A stretch of DNA of 59,099 nt from Gammaproteobacteria bacterium (GTDB lineage: Bacteria > Pseudomonadota > Gammaproteobacteria > Xanthomonadales > Wenzhouxiangellaceae), in assembly GCA_021772955.1 (NCBI GenBank), contig JAJFKZ010000090.1, forward strand, positions 1 to 59,099, read 5' to 3'. The notes beneath the pieces are model-generated. The model did no database searches. It was given only the letters and a program-made list of their open reading frames with translations, and was not told where the DNA came from. Of this stretch, positions 9,748 to 17,807 are shown one piece after another. The position numbers and the translations under genes were made by a program. How positions within the stretch are numbered: the stretch's first letter is position 1; each line of letters begins with the position of its first letter.

Positions 9748-10707
9748 TCAGCACTCCTTGAGGTCAGTGATTTCAGGTGCCAGCATGGTCAGCATGACCG
9801 CCATGCGCACGTACACACCCAGACTGACCTGATCCAGGATCAGGGCCTGGGAACCGTCGGCCAGCTCTGACTCGATTTCCACGCCCCGGTTGAGCGGCCC
9901 GGGGTGCATGATGCGTGCATCCGGTCCAGCCAACAGCAGGCGTTTGCGGGTCAGGCCCCAGCGTTTCAGATAAGTCTGTTGATCGGGAATTTCCAGCGCA
10001 TCCATGCGCTCCATTTGTATGCGCAGCATCATTACCACATCGGCGCCCGGCAAGGCCTCGTCGAGGTGTTCGAAGCTGCGCACCGAGCTACCCTGAGGCT
10101 GCGGTTGCAGATCCATACCCGGTGGCGCGACCAGGCGTATTTCTGCTGCACCCAGCAGGTTTAACAGCGCGATGTTTGAGCGCGCTACGCGCGAATGGCG
10201 CAGGTCGCCGGCAATCACCACCACCAGTCCGTCAATTCGACCGAAATGATCCAGCATGGTGTAGGCGTCGGCCAAGGCCTGGGTCGGATGTGCATGCACA
10301 CCGTCACCGGCGTTGATGATGTGCACGCCCGCAGGTGCGACTGCCGCCAGTTGTTGAGCCGATCCGACCTGAGGATGGCGGATATTGAACAGCCGGTAAC
10401 CCATCGCCGCCAGCGTGTGAAAGGTATCGATCAGTGATTCGCCCTTGCTGGATGAGCTTTGTTCGGATTGCAGGTTGCTGATCTGCAAGCCAAGCCTGTG
10501 CGCGGCGTATTCAAACCCCAGCTGGGTGCGCGTGGAGTGCTCGTAAAACAGGTTTATGGCATGCACTTTGCTCAGCTTGGCTTGCTGTTGTGGGCTGAAT
10601 TCGGGGTTGCTGCGCAGCAGGTCGGCGCAGCTGAACAGCCGCCGCAGTATGGCCACGTCCAGCGAGGCGATGTCAATCAGATGGGTGAGGCTAGTATCGT
10701 GACGCAT
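9748..10707 (-). CDS. pyrB: Aspartate carbamoyltransferase catalytic chain
   Basis: Motifs FYEHSTRTQLGFE (STRT carbamoyl-phosphate site), HAHPTQALAD and IMHPGPLNRGVEI. 319 aa. The stop lies 6 nt from the thiS start. Confidence 0.9.
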   Translation of the reverse strand: MRHDTSLTHLIDIASLDVAILRRLFSCADLLRSNPEFSPQQQAKLSKVHAINLFYEHSTRTQLGFEYAAHRLGLQISNLQSEQSSSSKGESLIDTFHTLAAMGYRLFNIRHPQVGSAQQLAAVAPAGVHIINAGDGVHAHPTQALADAYTMLDHFGRIDGLVVVIAGDLRHSRVARSNIALLNLLGAAEIRLVAPPGMDLQPQPQGSSVRSFEHLDEALPGADVVMMLRIQMERMDALEIPDQQTYLKRWGLTRKRLLLAGPDARIMHPGPLNRGVEIESELADGSQALILDQVSLGVYVRMAVMLTMLAPEITDLKEC

Positions 10708-11004
10708 AGCTTTAGAAACACCCAGCGAGTCGTTGAGCGGTCAGATGCAAGGCACGCTGGCGCCGGAATGGTAGGCCCCATTTCAAGCCAGCGCAACACC
10801 GCAGATGGCCGCTCAGCGGCTCGCCCGAAGGGAGCCCCCCGGATGCACCGGTACTGCGTTGCTGCGCTTGACAAGGGATGGGCCATGGTCGGCGCGCTGC
10901 GCCTTGTATTGGCACATCCGGGGGGCTCTGGATATATCGAAAGTTATGGGTCACGGTACTATTGGTCATGATGATGGTGTTTCCGGGCTGCTGTTGCTGT
11001 CATT
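10708..11004 (-). promoter_or_regulatory. Structured 297-nt pyrB leader / ruvX-pyrB spacer
   Basis: Perfect 14-bp inverted repeat gagccccccggatg (10832-10845) / catccggggggctc (10915-10928), with nested GC-rich hairpins. On the transcribed strand, UCCAGAG immediately precedes the 5' arm. Confidence 0.5.
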
Positions 11005-11433
11005 CTACTGGTCGGCCAGCCACGATTCCAGAATAACCGCTGCCGCCATGGCATCCATTTGTTGCGCTTTGCTGGCGCGCACACGTTGCTGACTGCGGGC
11101 TTCGGCAAACAGTTGCTCGGCAGCTTGTGAACTCAGTCGCTCGTCGTGCAGGTGCACATCGAGCTGGTAGCGAGCGGACAATTGCGCTGCGAATGCGCGC
11201 GCTGCTTTGCTGCTGTTCGACTCCGCACCATCGTTGTGCAGCGGCAGACCGACGATCAATGATGTCGGCTGCCATTCCTGTATCAGCTGGTCGATGCCGT
11301 TCCAGTCCGGGCCATTGCCCGTGGCTCGAACGGTGGTCAATGGCCTGGCCGTGCCGGTCAGGGATTGACCGACGGCCACGCCGATGCGCGCAGCACCATG
11401 ATCAAACCCCAACCAGATGCATGACCGGGTCAT
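11005..11433 (-). CDS. ruvX: Putative pre-16S rRNA nuclease / Holliday-junction-resolvase-like protein YqgF
   Basis: WLGFDHGAARIGVAVGQ...ARPL...LIVGLPLHNDG...DERLSS, the RuvX/YqgF signature. The start is ambiguous (11433 or 11457). Confidence 0.85.
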   Translation of the reverse strand: MTRSCIWLGFDHGAARIGVAVGQSLTGTARPLTTVRATGNGPDWNGIDQLIQEWQPTSLIVGLPLHNDGAESNSSKAARAFAAQLSARYQLDVHLHDERLSSQAAEQLFAEARSQQRVRASKAQQMDAMAAAVILESWLADQ

Positions 11434-11481
11434 CGCACCGCGTTTGCCAGCGCGCAAGGTCGGCTTGTCGCAAGGGCTGAT

Positions 11482-12060
11482 TCAGGCATGTCCGGCAGTC
11501 CAGCTGATCTGATCCGGATGATGCACGCCGATACTGTCCAGCGCCTTGCGCCAGCGCTCGCCGGGAGGCGAATTGAAGATCAGCTCGCTGTCCAGCTGGG
11601 CATTGAGCCAGGCATTTTCCAGCAGCTCGGCTTCCAGTTGTCCGGCACCCCAGCCAGAATAGCCCAGCGCGATCAGAAACTGATCCGGGCCGCGGCCATG
11701 GGCAATGTCAACGAGAATGTCCCGGGAGGTGCTGAGCAACAGGTCAGCATGCAGTTGCAGGCTTGATTCCCAGGTATGCGGTTGGCCTTGCAAGCGCCCG
11801 TTGTGTAGCACAAAACCACGCTCAGGTTGCACCGGGCCGCCGGTCAGTACCGGCATGTTGACGATGATGTCATCGTCGCATTGCAAGTCCAGTTGCGCCA
11901 GGACTTCACCCACACGCATGCTGGATGACTGATGGATGTTGATGCCCAGCGCGCCTTCATCATTGTGCTGGCACAGCAAGGTCACACCGTGTCTGAAATT
12001 CGGATCAGACATGCTCGGCATGGCGATCAACAGGCGTTGTTCCAGATACTCAGGTTTCAT
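11482..12060 (-). CDS. yqgE: YqgE/AlgH family (UPF0301) protein
   Basis: LLIAMPSMSDPNFRHGVTLLCQHNDEGALGINIH...ALGYSGWGAGQLEAEL, a typical AlgH/YqgE sequence. Adjacent to ruvX as in many gammaproteobacteria. Confidence 0.85.
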   Translation of the reverse strand: MKPEYLEQRLLIAMPSMSDPNFRHGVTLLCQHNDEGALGINIHQSSSMRVGEVLAQLDLQCDDDIIVNMPVLTGGPVQPERGFVLHNGRLQGQPHTWESSLQLHADLLLSTSRDILVDIAHGRGPDQFLIALGYSGWGAGQLEAELLENAWLNAQLDSELIFNSPPGERWRKALDSIGVHHPDQISWTAGHA

Positions 12061-12244
12061 AATCAATTCAGTCGTTGAGTTCACCAGGTATATGATGCAG
12101 AAGTCGGTCTAACTCAAGCCGCAAGGCGTTGGTGATCAGTGTACTGCATCGCGCTTGGCCAGGTATTGGTTGCCCGCACAGCAGCTGGCTATCCACTGCT
12201 GTACCCGGGGCAGCACAGGCGGCTTTCGTGCTTGCCGATGACGC

Positions 12245-12268
12245 CGTCGGTCTGCACTCAGACCGACG
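12245..12268. other. Perfect 10-bp stem-loop in the 285-bp PLP-enzyme/yqgE spacer
   Basis: cgtcggtctg-cact-cagaccgacg. No U-tract follows on the transcribed (minus) strand, so this is not a classical terminator. Confidence 0.5.
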
Positions 12269-12345
12269 CAGTACAAACCAGAGCCGAGCCAATGCAGCAT
12301 TGCCGCACCGGGGCTACTTCCAGCAGGTCTGCTACCGCCTTTGAC

Positions 12346-13512
12346 TCAAGCTGCTGCCAGCGCGGTTTCGATATCACTCCAGAGATCTTCCACATCTTCG
12401 ATACCCACCGACAGCCGGATCAGGCTGTCACTGATTCCAAGCTGGTCACGCCGTTGTTTCGGCACCGAGGCATGGGTCATGATGGCCGGATGGTTGACCA
12501 GACTTTCCACGCCACCGAGGCTTTCTGCCAGTGCAAACAACTGGAAATTTTCCAGCACGCGGCGGGTCGCATCGAGGTCGCCGGCGACGATAAAACTGAC
12601 CATGCCGCCACCGTTTCCGCGCATCTGCGACTTGCACAGTGCGTGCTGAGGGTGGTTGCTGAGGCCGGGGTAGATGACCTGGCTGACTTTATCGTGGCCT
12701 TGCAGACGTTCGGCGATGATGGCGGCATTGCGGTTGTGGGCCTGCATGCGCAAGGCCAGTGTCTTGACGCCGCGCAGTGCCAGAAAGCTGTCAAACGGAC
12801 CGAGTACACCGCCAATCGAGTTTTGCAGATAGGCCAGCCGCTCGCCCAGTTCCTGATCGCGACTGACCAGCATGCCGCCGACCATGTCGGAATGACCGTT
12901 CAGGTATTTGGTCACCGAGTGCAGCACGATGTCTGCCCCCAGGTCCAGTGGTTGCTGCACCATGGGCGAGGAAAAGGTGTTGTCCACCACCACCAGTGCG
13001 CCGTGTGCATGGGCGAATTTCGCCAGCGGTGCGATCTCCACCAGGGTCAACATCGGGTTGGTCGGGGTTTCGATCCACAACATGCGGGTGTTGTCGCGCC
13101 AGGCTTTTTCCAGTTCGCCAGCCTGGTGTAGCGCAACGAAATCAAAATCCAGATTGCTGCTGCGGCGACGCACATTCTCAAACAGCCGATAGGTTCCGCC
13201 ATACAGGTCATCCATGGCGATCACGTGGCTACCGCTGTCCAGCAATTCCAGCGCCGTACCCGCCGCAGCCATGCCCGAGGCAAAGGCAAAACCGCGCGTA
13301 CCGTTTTCCAGATCGGCGACACAGCGCTCGAAGGCGAACCGGGTCGGGTTGTGCGAGCGCGTATACTCGAAGCCCTGGTGTTCACCGGGGCTTTTCTGGA
13401 CGTAGGTACTGGTCGCATAGATCGGCGGCATGATGGCGCCGGTGCTGGGGTCGGGGCTCTGACCGGCGTGGATCACGCGGGTGGCGAGTTTGTTCGATTT
13501 TGATTGGCTCAT
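12346..13512 (-). CDS. Cys/Met-metabolism PLP-dependent enzyme (cystathionine gamma-synthase/lyase family)
   Basis: ATG at 13512. Motifs TRVIHAGQSPDPSTGAIMPPIY.TSTY and HSVTKYLNGHSD (PLP-lysine motif). Substrate specificity cannot be set from sequence alone. Confidence 0.85.
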   Translation of the reverse strand: MSQSKSNKLATRVIHAGQSPDPSTGAIMPPIYATSTYVQKSPGEHQGFEYTRSHNPTRFAFERCVADLENGTRGFAFASGMAAAGTALELLDSGSHVIAMDDLYGGTYRLFENVRRRSSNLDFDFVALHQAGELEKAWRDNTRMLWIETPTNPMLTLVEIAPLAKFAHAHGALVVVDNTFSSPMVQQPLDLGADIVLHSVTKYLNGHSDMVGGMLVSRDQELGERLAYLQNSIGGVLGPFDSFLALRGVKTLALRMQAHNRNAAIIAERLQGHDKVSQVIYPGLSNHPQHALCKSQMRGNGGGMVSFIVAGDLDATRRVLENFQLFALAESLGGVESLVNHPAIMTHASVPKQRRDQLGISDSLIRLSVGIEDVEDLWSDIETALAAA

Positions 13513-13631
13513 GAAAAATCCTGTTCCAGAGTAAGGCAGATTGTGAGAGGTTGCGCCTAAATCACTGTGCCTGCATCCAGGCAACGCGTGCTATGTGATA
13601 ATGGGGTCAGCCCGAAAGATTACCATAGCGC

Positions 13632-14786
13632 ATGTCATTGACACTGGATTACACCCGACAGTTGCTGTCGCGACCATCACAGACACCGGATGATGTCGGC
13701 TGTCAGCCACTGATTGCCGGCTGGCTGCGCGATGCTGGTTTCAACTGCCATGACTACAGCTCGGCTGAGGTCACCAACAGTCTCTACACGCACGCCGCCA
13801 GTGGTGCGCATCCGCAGCGCCCGCACCTGCTGTTACTGGGGCATACCGATGTGGTACCAGCCGGGCCGCGCGCGCAATGGCACAGTAATCCGTTCGCCGC
13901 TGATCTTCGCGAGGGTCTGCTGTATGGTCGCGGTGCAGCCGACATGAAAGGTGCGGTGGCGGCGATGGTCAGTGCCATGCGGGTGTTTGTCGAGCATTAC
14001 CCCGAGCATGCCGGTCGCTTGTCACTGCTGTTGACCAGCGACGAAGAAGGTCCCGCGCGTGATGGTGTGCGCGTGGTGGTGCCGGCGCTGCAGCGCAATC
14101 AACTGTTGCCGGATTATTGTCTGGTCGGCGAGCCTTCCAGCCTGCAGCGCCTGGGCGACAACATACGCATCGGCAGACGCGGTTCCATCCACGCCCGATT
14201 GCGCTTTATCGGCATCCAGGGACATACCGCTTATGCCGATCCGGCTGACAATCCGGTGCATCGGGCCATGGCAGCGCTGCTGGCAATCACCAGTCATCGC
14301 TTTGCCGATGGCGATGCCCATTTTCCCGCGACCACATTGCACGTCTCCAATCTGCATGCCGGTACCGGTGCCAACAATGTGACCCCCGGCGAGTTGGAAG
14401 TGCGCTTGAACATCCGCAACAACCCGGCCAGCCCCGCAGCGCAGATCAAGGCCCAGTTGGAACACCTGCTGGCGGCGCATGACTGCGGTGACTACAGACT
14501 GGACTGGGAGGTCAGTGGTGCGCCGTTTGTCACTGCTGCGGGCGAGCTGTTGCAGGCTGTGGATGCGACCTTGGAATCGGTATTGGGCAGTAAACCGGTA
14601 CACGACACCGGTGGCGGCACCTCCGACGGTCGTTTTTTTGCCGCAGTCGGTTGCCAGGTGGTGGAGCTGGGAGTGGTCAATGCCAGCATTCACCGTATCA
14701 ATGAGCATGTCCGAGCTGCCGATCTGGATGTGCTGCACACGCTGTATTACGACATCATGCGGCGATTGTTGGGCGTCACGGGTTAA
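13632..14786 (+). CDS. dapE: Succinyl-diaminopimelate desuccinylase
   Basis: M20 peptidase signature LLLLGHTDVVPAG...W...PF, YGRGAADMKG and TSDEEG, 384 aa. The overall sequence matches DapE. Confidence 0.9.
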   Translation: MSLTLDYTRQLLSRPSQTPDDVGCQPLIAGWLRDAGFNCHDYSSAEVTNSLYTHAASGAHPQRPHLLLLGHTDVVPAGPRAQWHSNPFAADLREGLLYGRGAADMKGAVAAMVSAMRVFVEHYPEHAGRLSLLLTSDEEGPARDGVRVVVPALQRNQLLPDYCLVGEPSSLQRLGDNIRIGRRGSIHARLRFIGIQGHTAYADPADNPVHRAMAALLAITSHRFADGDAHFPATTLHVSNLHAGTGANNVTPGELEVRLNIRNNPASPAAQIKAQLEHLLAAHDCGDYRLDWEVSGAPFVTAAGELLQAVDATLESVLGSKPVHDTGGGTSDGRFFAAVGCQVVELGVVNASIHRINEHVRAADLDVLHTLYYDIMRRLLGVTG

Positions 14787-14790
14787 CTGC

Positions 14791-14834
14791 GTAGGCCGGG
14801 TAAGTGCCGGATGCGCTGCGTTTATCCGGCCTAC
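14791..14834. repeat. REP-like palindromic unit resembling the enterobacterial REP/PU consensus
   Basis: gtaggccgg-gtaagt-gccggatgcgctgcgtttatccggcctac, 5 nt after the dapE stop. Outer arms are gtaggccgg/ccggcctac and inner arms gccggat/atccggc. The 11-mer gccggatgcgc recurs at 17537-17547. Confidence 0.7.
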
Positions 14835-15001
14835 AATCGAGTGTGTCTTGGCAACAAGCAGGATGGCAGGCTGGGGCTTAGTGCTAGCTATGCTTCAACC
14901 GGCACGCCATGAAGAATTTTTAACGAACACCAAGCTGGCCTGCGGTTATAATTGCTGCACCAGCAAATGATTGATAATAATAGATAACAAAGGAAACCCC
15001 C

Positions 15002-16921
15002 ATGTTGAATGCAATCCCCAAACATTGCGTCAGGTCGGCTGGCCGCTTCTGGTTTGTCCTGATGCTGGCGTTTTTTGCGCTGCTGAGCGTGCCAGTGGTG
15101 GCCGGTTCGCTGGTCGAACGCAGCGCGGTCAGCAACCCAAACGAGATCTGGTCGGCCTGGGGCGGGCAGGCGCAATTCAAATTTGCGCCGATGGTGCTGC
15201 GGGATCTGCAGCTTGAGATCAGCACACCGGATCAGGTCATCAAAGGCGCACTGAGCTACACCGCTGAGCCGGTGCAATCGCGTATCGCCAATCTGGGCAG
15301 CCTGACATTTCACGCACCGTTTGGGCACTTCGAAGGCTTTGTCGATGGCCGCCTGACCATCAACCAGCCCATGACCATGCGTCTGCAAGGCGGTCGTGAA
15401 GTGAGTTGGCAGACCATGGTCATCAGTGCGCGTGAGACCGAGGATTTTCCCGGCCTGCAGCTCCACGATGGCAACGGCAACCTGCTGTTTACAACAGCCA
15501 ATATTCATGTTTATGTTGATCAAATTGCCAATCAGCTGACCATGGAGCGTATGGACGTCAGCATTGCCGCTGAACTGGCCCGGCGTTTGGGACAACCTGC
15601 ATTTGCAGGACAGTACATTGGCGAGATGGTACTGGGCTCGCAGCTTAATATTCCTGGCGGCGCGCTGACCGAGGTGCGTGGCGGGACCTGTGCTGATCGA
15701 CCCAAATGGCCCACCGAGGGTTTTGTCGCCGATGTGGGTTTGACCAACATGAACAGCATTCAGGATGTAGGAACCTTGAGCACAGCACAGGGCGATTTCG
15801 AACTGGTAGCACCCAGCAGCAGCCTGATCAATCTGCAGGGGCTGGATGGTGCCGATGTGACCTGGTTCGAGAAATTTACCGGCACTTTCCCGCCCTATAA
15901 CACTGACCAGCATCCGTATCTGATCTGGAACATGTACCGTGTTGACAGCAGCGGCAGGATGGAGCAGATCGGTCGCTCCGGCATCAAACACGCTTTTTTC
16001 ACGGTCAATCAAAACTGCACGGTCAACTGCGGTGATGGCGGCATACCAGGAGCAGGTGGTCATATTCTCTGGCCAGGTTGTCGCGACACATACCCTGTTG
16101 GCAACAATGACAATCCGGGTGATATTGGCCCGCGTGATGAAGTTAATCCACTCACCGGCGTGTTTGTCAGTACCGGCTCATTTTTTGATCAAATTCCTCC
16201 GGGTGGAAATGGCGTGCAGGACAACTCATCCACTGCACCGGGTGAAAACCGCATGCAAGTTCTGACTGACGACTTGCAGATCGCCGATGCCGATTATTTC
16301 TTCGAGTCCTGGTATGTGATCCGCGATGACAGCAACATCTTCAATTCGATGGGCTTCAATCAAATCACGCCGGTCAATAATCCTGGCGGCAGCGACAGCT
16401 GGAGCTACAGTCAGGGGGCATTCAATGTTGGTGCGGTCATCGACCAGTGGGTCGCTCCGGCCACCGACCCCGCCTCTGGCAGCCAGAATGTCGCGTTTTT
16501 CAGTCCCTCGGTCGGGCACTTCAAGCTGGCCGTACGCACCACCGATCTGGGCGGTGGATTGTTCCAATACGACTACATGCTGATGAACTTTGATGTCAAT
16601 GCCGGCATTGCGGCGCTGACCTTTGATGGCGTTAGTGGTGTTGAGCCTGGTTCGATCAATTTCCACGATGTGGATCAGGATACCGGCAACGACTGGAGTG
16701 TCAGCACAGGCCCGCTGCGTTTTGCAGCAGCACCTGGCGAGCAGATGCCCTGGGGTAACGGCTACACGTTCAGCTTTGTTGCCGGACCACCGGTGCTGGG
16801 TACAGTAACCGTCAGCATTGGTGACAGTGGTGGCATTCCCAGCAATCGCCGCATCGAGATCCTGACCGCCACACTGCCGGAAGTGTTGTTGGTCGACGGC
16901 TTCGAATCGCCCGCTCCCTGA
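15002..16921 (+). CDS. Exported protein of unknown function (no family recognised)
   Basis: 639-aa ORF preceded by AAGGAAA 6 nt upstream of the ATG. N-terminal signal peptide (RFWFVLMLAFFALLSVPVVAG), Gly/Asn/Asp/Thr-rich composition, four Cys in NQNCTVNCGDGG..WPGC. A strong terminator follows. Confidence 0.6.
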   Translation: MLNAIPKHCVRSAGRFWFVLMLAFFALLSVPVVAGSLVERSAVSNPNEIWSAWGGQAQFKFAPMVLRDLQLEISTPDQVIKGALSYTAEPVQSRIANLGSLTFHAPFGHFEGFVDGRLTINQPMTMRLQGGREVSWQTMVISARETEDFPGLQLHDGNGNLLFTTANIHVYVDQIANQLTMERMDVSIAAELARRLGQPAFAGQYIGEMVLGSQLNIPGGALTEVRGGTCADRPKWPTEGFVADVGLTNMNSIQDVGTLSTAQGDFELVAPSSSLINLQGLDGADVTWFEKFTGTFPPYNTDQHPYLIWNMYRVDSSGRMEQIGRSGIKHAFFTVNQNCTVNCGDGGIPGAGGHILWPGCRDTYPVGNNDNPGDIGPRDEVNPLTGVFVSTGSFFDQIPPGGNGVQDNSSTAPGENRMQVLTDDLQIADADYFFESWYVIRDDSNIFNSMGFNQITPVNNPGGSDSWSYSQGAFNVGAVIDQWVAPATDPASGSQNVAFFSPSVGHFKLAVRTTDLGGGLFQYDYMLMNFDVNAGIAALTFDGVSGVEPGSINFHDVDQDTGNDWSVSTGPLRFAAAPGEQMPWGNGYTFSFVAGPPVLGTVTVSIGDSGGIPSNRRIEILTATLPEVLLVDGFESPAP

Positions 16922-16965
16922 GCGTAAAGTTAATAAGCTAGCGGTCCTTCGCTTGATAATGTCGA

Positions 16966-17016
16966 GTTCTGCGTTCCTGTGGCCCTGAACGCTGACCGAC
17001 CAACTGCATCCGTCAT
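16966..17016 (+). repeat. 51-nt intergenic repeat, copy B (downstream of the 639-aa gene)
   Basis: gttctgcgttcctgtggccctgaacgctgaccgaccaactgcatccgtcat, in the same orientation as copy A. Confidence 0.8.
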
Positions 17017-17034
17017 GATCAAGTACTAGACAAG

Positions 17035-17066
17035 CCCTCGCCGGTATCCGGTGAGGGTTTTTTTTT
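17035..17066 (+). terminator. Rho-independent terminator of the 639-aa gene
   Basis: ccctcgccgg-tatc-ccggtgaggg (10-bp stem with one G.U pair) followed by nine T residues. Confidence 0.8.
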
Positions 17067-17105
17067 GCAAATCGATACCGGCCAGCAAAATAATTGTGAA
17101 TGCTA

Positions 17106-17133
17106 TTGACAATGATTCGCATTAAGCTAAAAT
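17106..17133 (+). promoter_or_regulatory. Putative sigma-70 promoter of bfd
   Basis: TTGACA (17106-17111), a 16-nt spacer, then TAAAAT (17128-17133). The -10 element ends only 6 nt before the bfd ATG and there is no SD, so the mRNA may be leaderless or the prediction is wrong. Confidence 0.4.
17108..17126. promoter_or_regulatory. Fur-box-like operator
   Basis: GACAATGATTCGCATTAAG matches the 19-bp Fur consensus GATAATGATAATCATTATC at 13/19 positions. It overlaps the -35/spacer of the putative bfd promoter. Confidence 0.5.
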
Positions 17134-17139
17134 AAACGC

Positions 17140-17382
17140 ATGTACGTTTGTATCTGCAATGCTGTGACCGAATCCCAGATCCACGCGCTGGTCGAAGGCG
17201 GCGTGCGCACGCTGGAAGGCGTGCAACAAATCACCGGTTGCGCCGGTACTTGCGGCAATTGCAGCGAGCTGGCAGAGCAGGTCATTGCTAATGCCCAGCG
17301 TCGCAAAGAGTTGCAGTTCGGCCTCCCGGTTTTGCATCGGCGCGCAGATCAAACAGCCACTTCGTTCGATTTCTCTGCCTGA
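17140..17382 (+). CDS. bfd: Bacterioferritin-associated ferredoxin
   Basis: MYVCICNAVTESQI...GCAGTCGNC is the BFD-like [2Fe-2S] four-Cys motif. It lies upstream of bfr, and a Fur-box-like site overlaps its promoter. Confidence 0.85.
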   Translation: MYVCICNAVTESQIHALVEGGVRTLEGVQQITGCAGTCGNCSELAEQVIANAQRRKELQFGLPVLHRRADQTATSFDFSA

Positions 17383-17627
17383 AACAGTCAATGGATGACA
17401 TCGCGCTGTTGTGCCTGCAGGCGCGCTATCCTGTAACAATCCGAAGCTTACCCCGACGCTATTGTAAAGCGGCAATCTTCTGCCGGAACTTCGTTTAATA
17501 CCTAGCAGCCTAGCCGCTGTGGCAATCCAGTCATTTGCCGGATGCGCTTTGCGATTAGTCGGGAGTCACTACGCGACTGTGCTATTGACTGGGTCGATTG
17601 GCGGGGTCGCCGGGCGACGATTATTTT

Positions 17628-17657
17628 GACTGGATACCGGCCTGCGCCGGTATGACG
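17628..17657 (+). repeat. Hairpin-core repeat (gactggataccggcctgcgccggtatgacg), solo copy
   Basis: Same 30-mer as in the 20.2-kb tandem array, with an 8-bp stem ataccggc/gccggtat. It translates as the artefactual peptide DWIPACAGMT in the ORF track. Confidence 0.85.
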
Positions 17658-17733
17658 ATAAAGGGTGTCGCCTCGCGACGCTGCATGGCGTGTATAGCGA
17701 CACGCAACGCGGCCTGCGCACTGCGTTTGCTAG

Positions 17734-17807
17734 GTAGGAGCGTGCTTGCACGCGAACGATTTCGAAGCCTGAAACCTGCTCATGTTCGCCTGCAGGCAGG
17801 CTCCTAC
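17734..17807 (+). repeat. 74-nt REP-like palindromic element, copy 1
   Basis: gtaggagcgtgcttgcacgcgaac...gttcgcctgcaggcaggctcctac has self-complementary ends. It is about 85% identical, by hand alignment, to the reverse complement of 46954-47027. Confidence 0.75.

Noticed and set aside
9742-9760. TPP riboswitch ahead of thiS-thiG
   Set aside because: Only 6 nt separate the pyrB stop from the thiS start. The thiS-thiG spacer contains the 51-nt repeat rather than a THI-box (no CUGAGA motif seen).
10712-10969. 85-codon ORF spanning the pyrB leader as a real protein or leader peptide
   Set aside because: It has an Arg/Pro/Gly-rich, low-complexity composition and no SD. It is kept only as a possibility inside the leader finding, not called as a CDS.
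12139-13131. 330-aa plus-strand ORF
   Set aside because: It lies fully antisense to the clearly recognisable Cys/Met PLP enzyme, which carries the TKYLNGHSD motif. It is a shadow ORF.
14888-16063. 391-aa minus-strand ORF overlapping the 5' half of the 639-aa gene
   Set aside because: It is antisense to an ORF that has a signal peptide, SD and terminator. Its composition and lack of any motif or start context are typical of GC-rich shadow ORFs.
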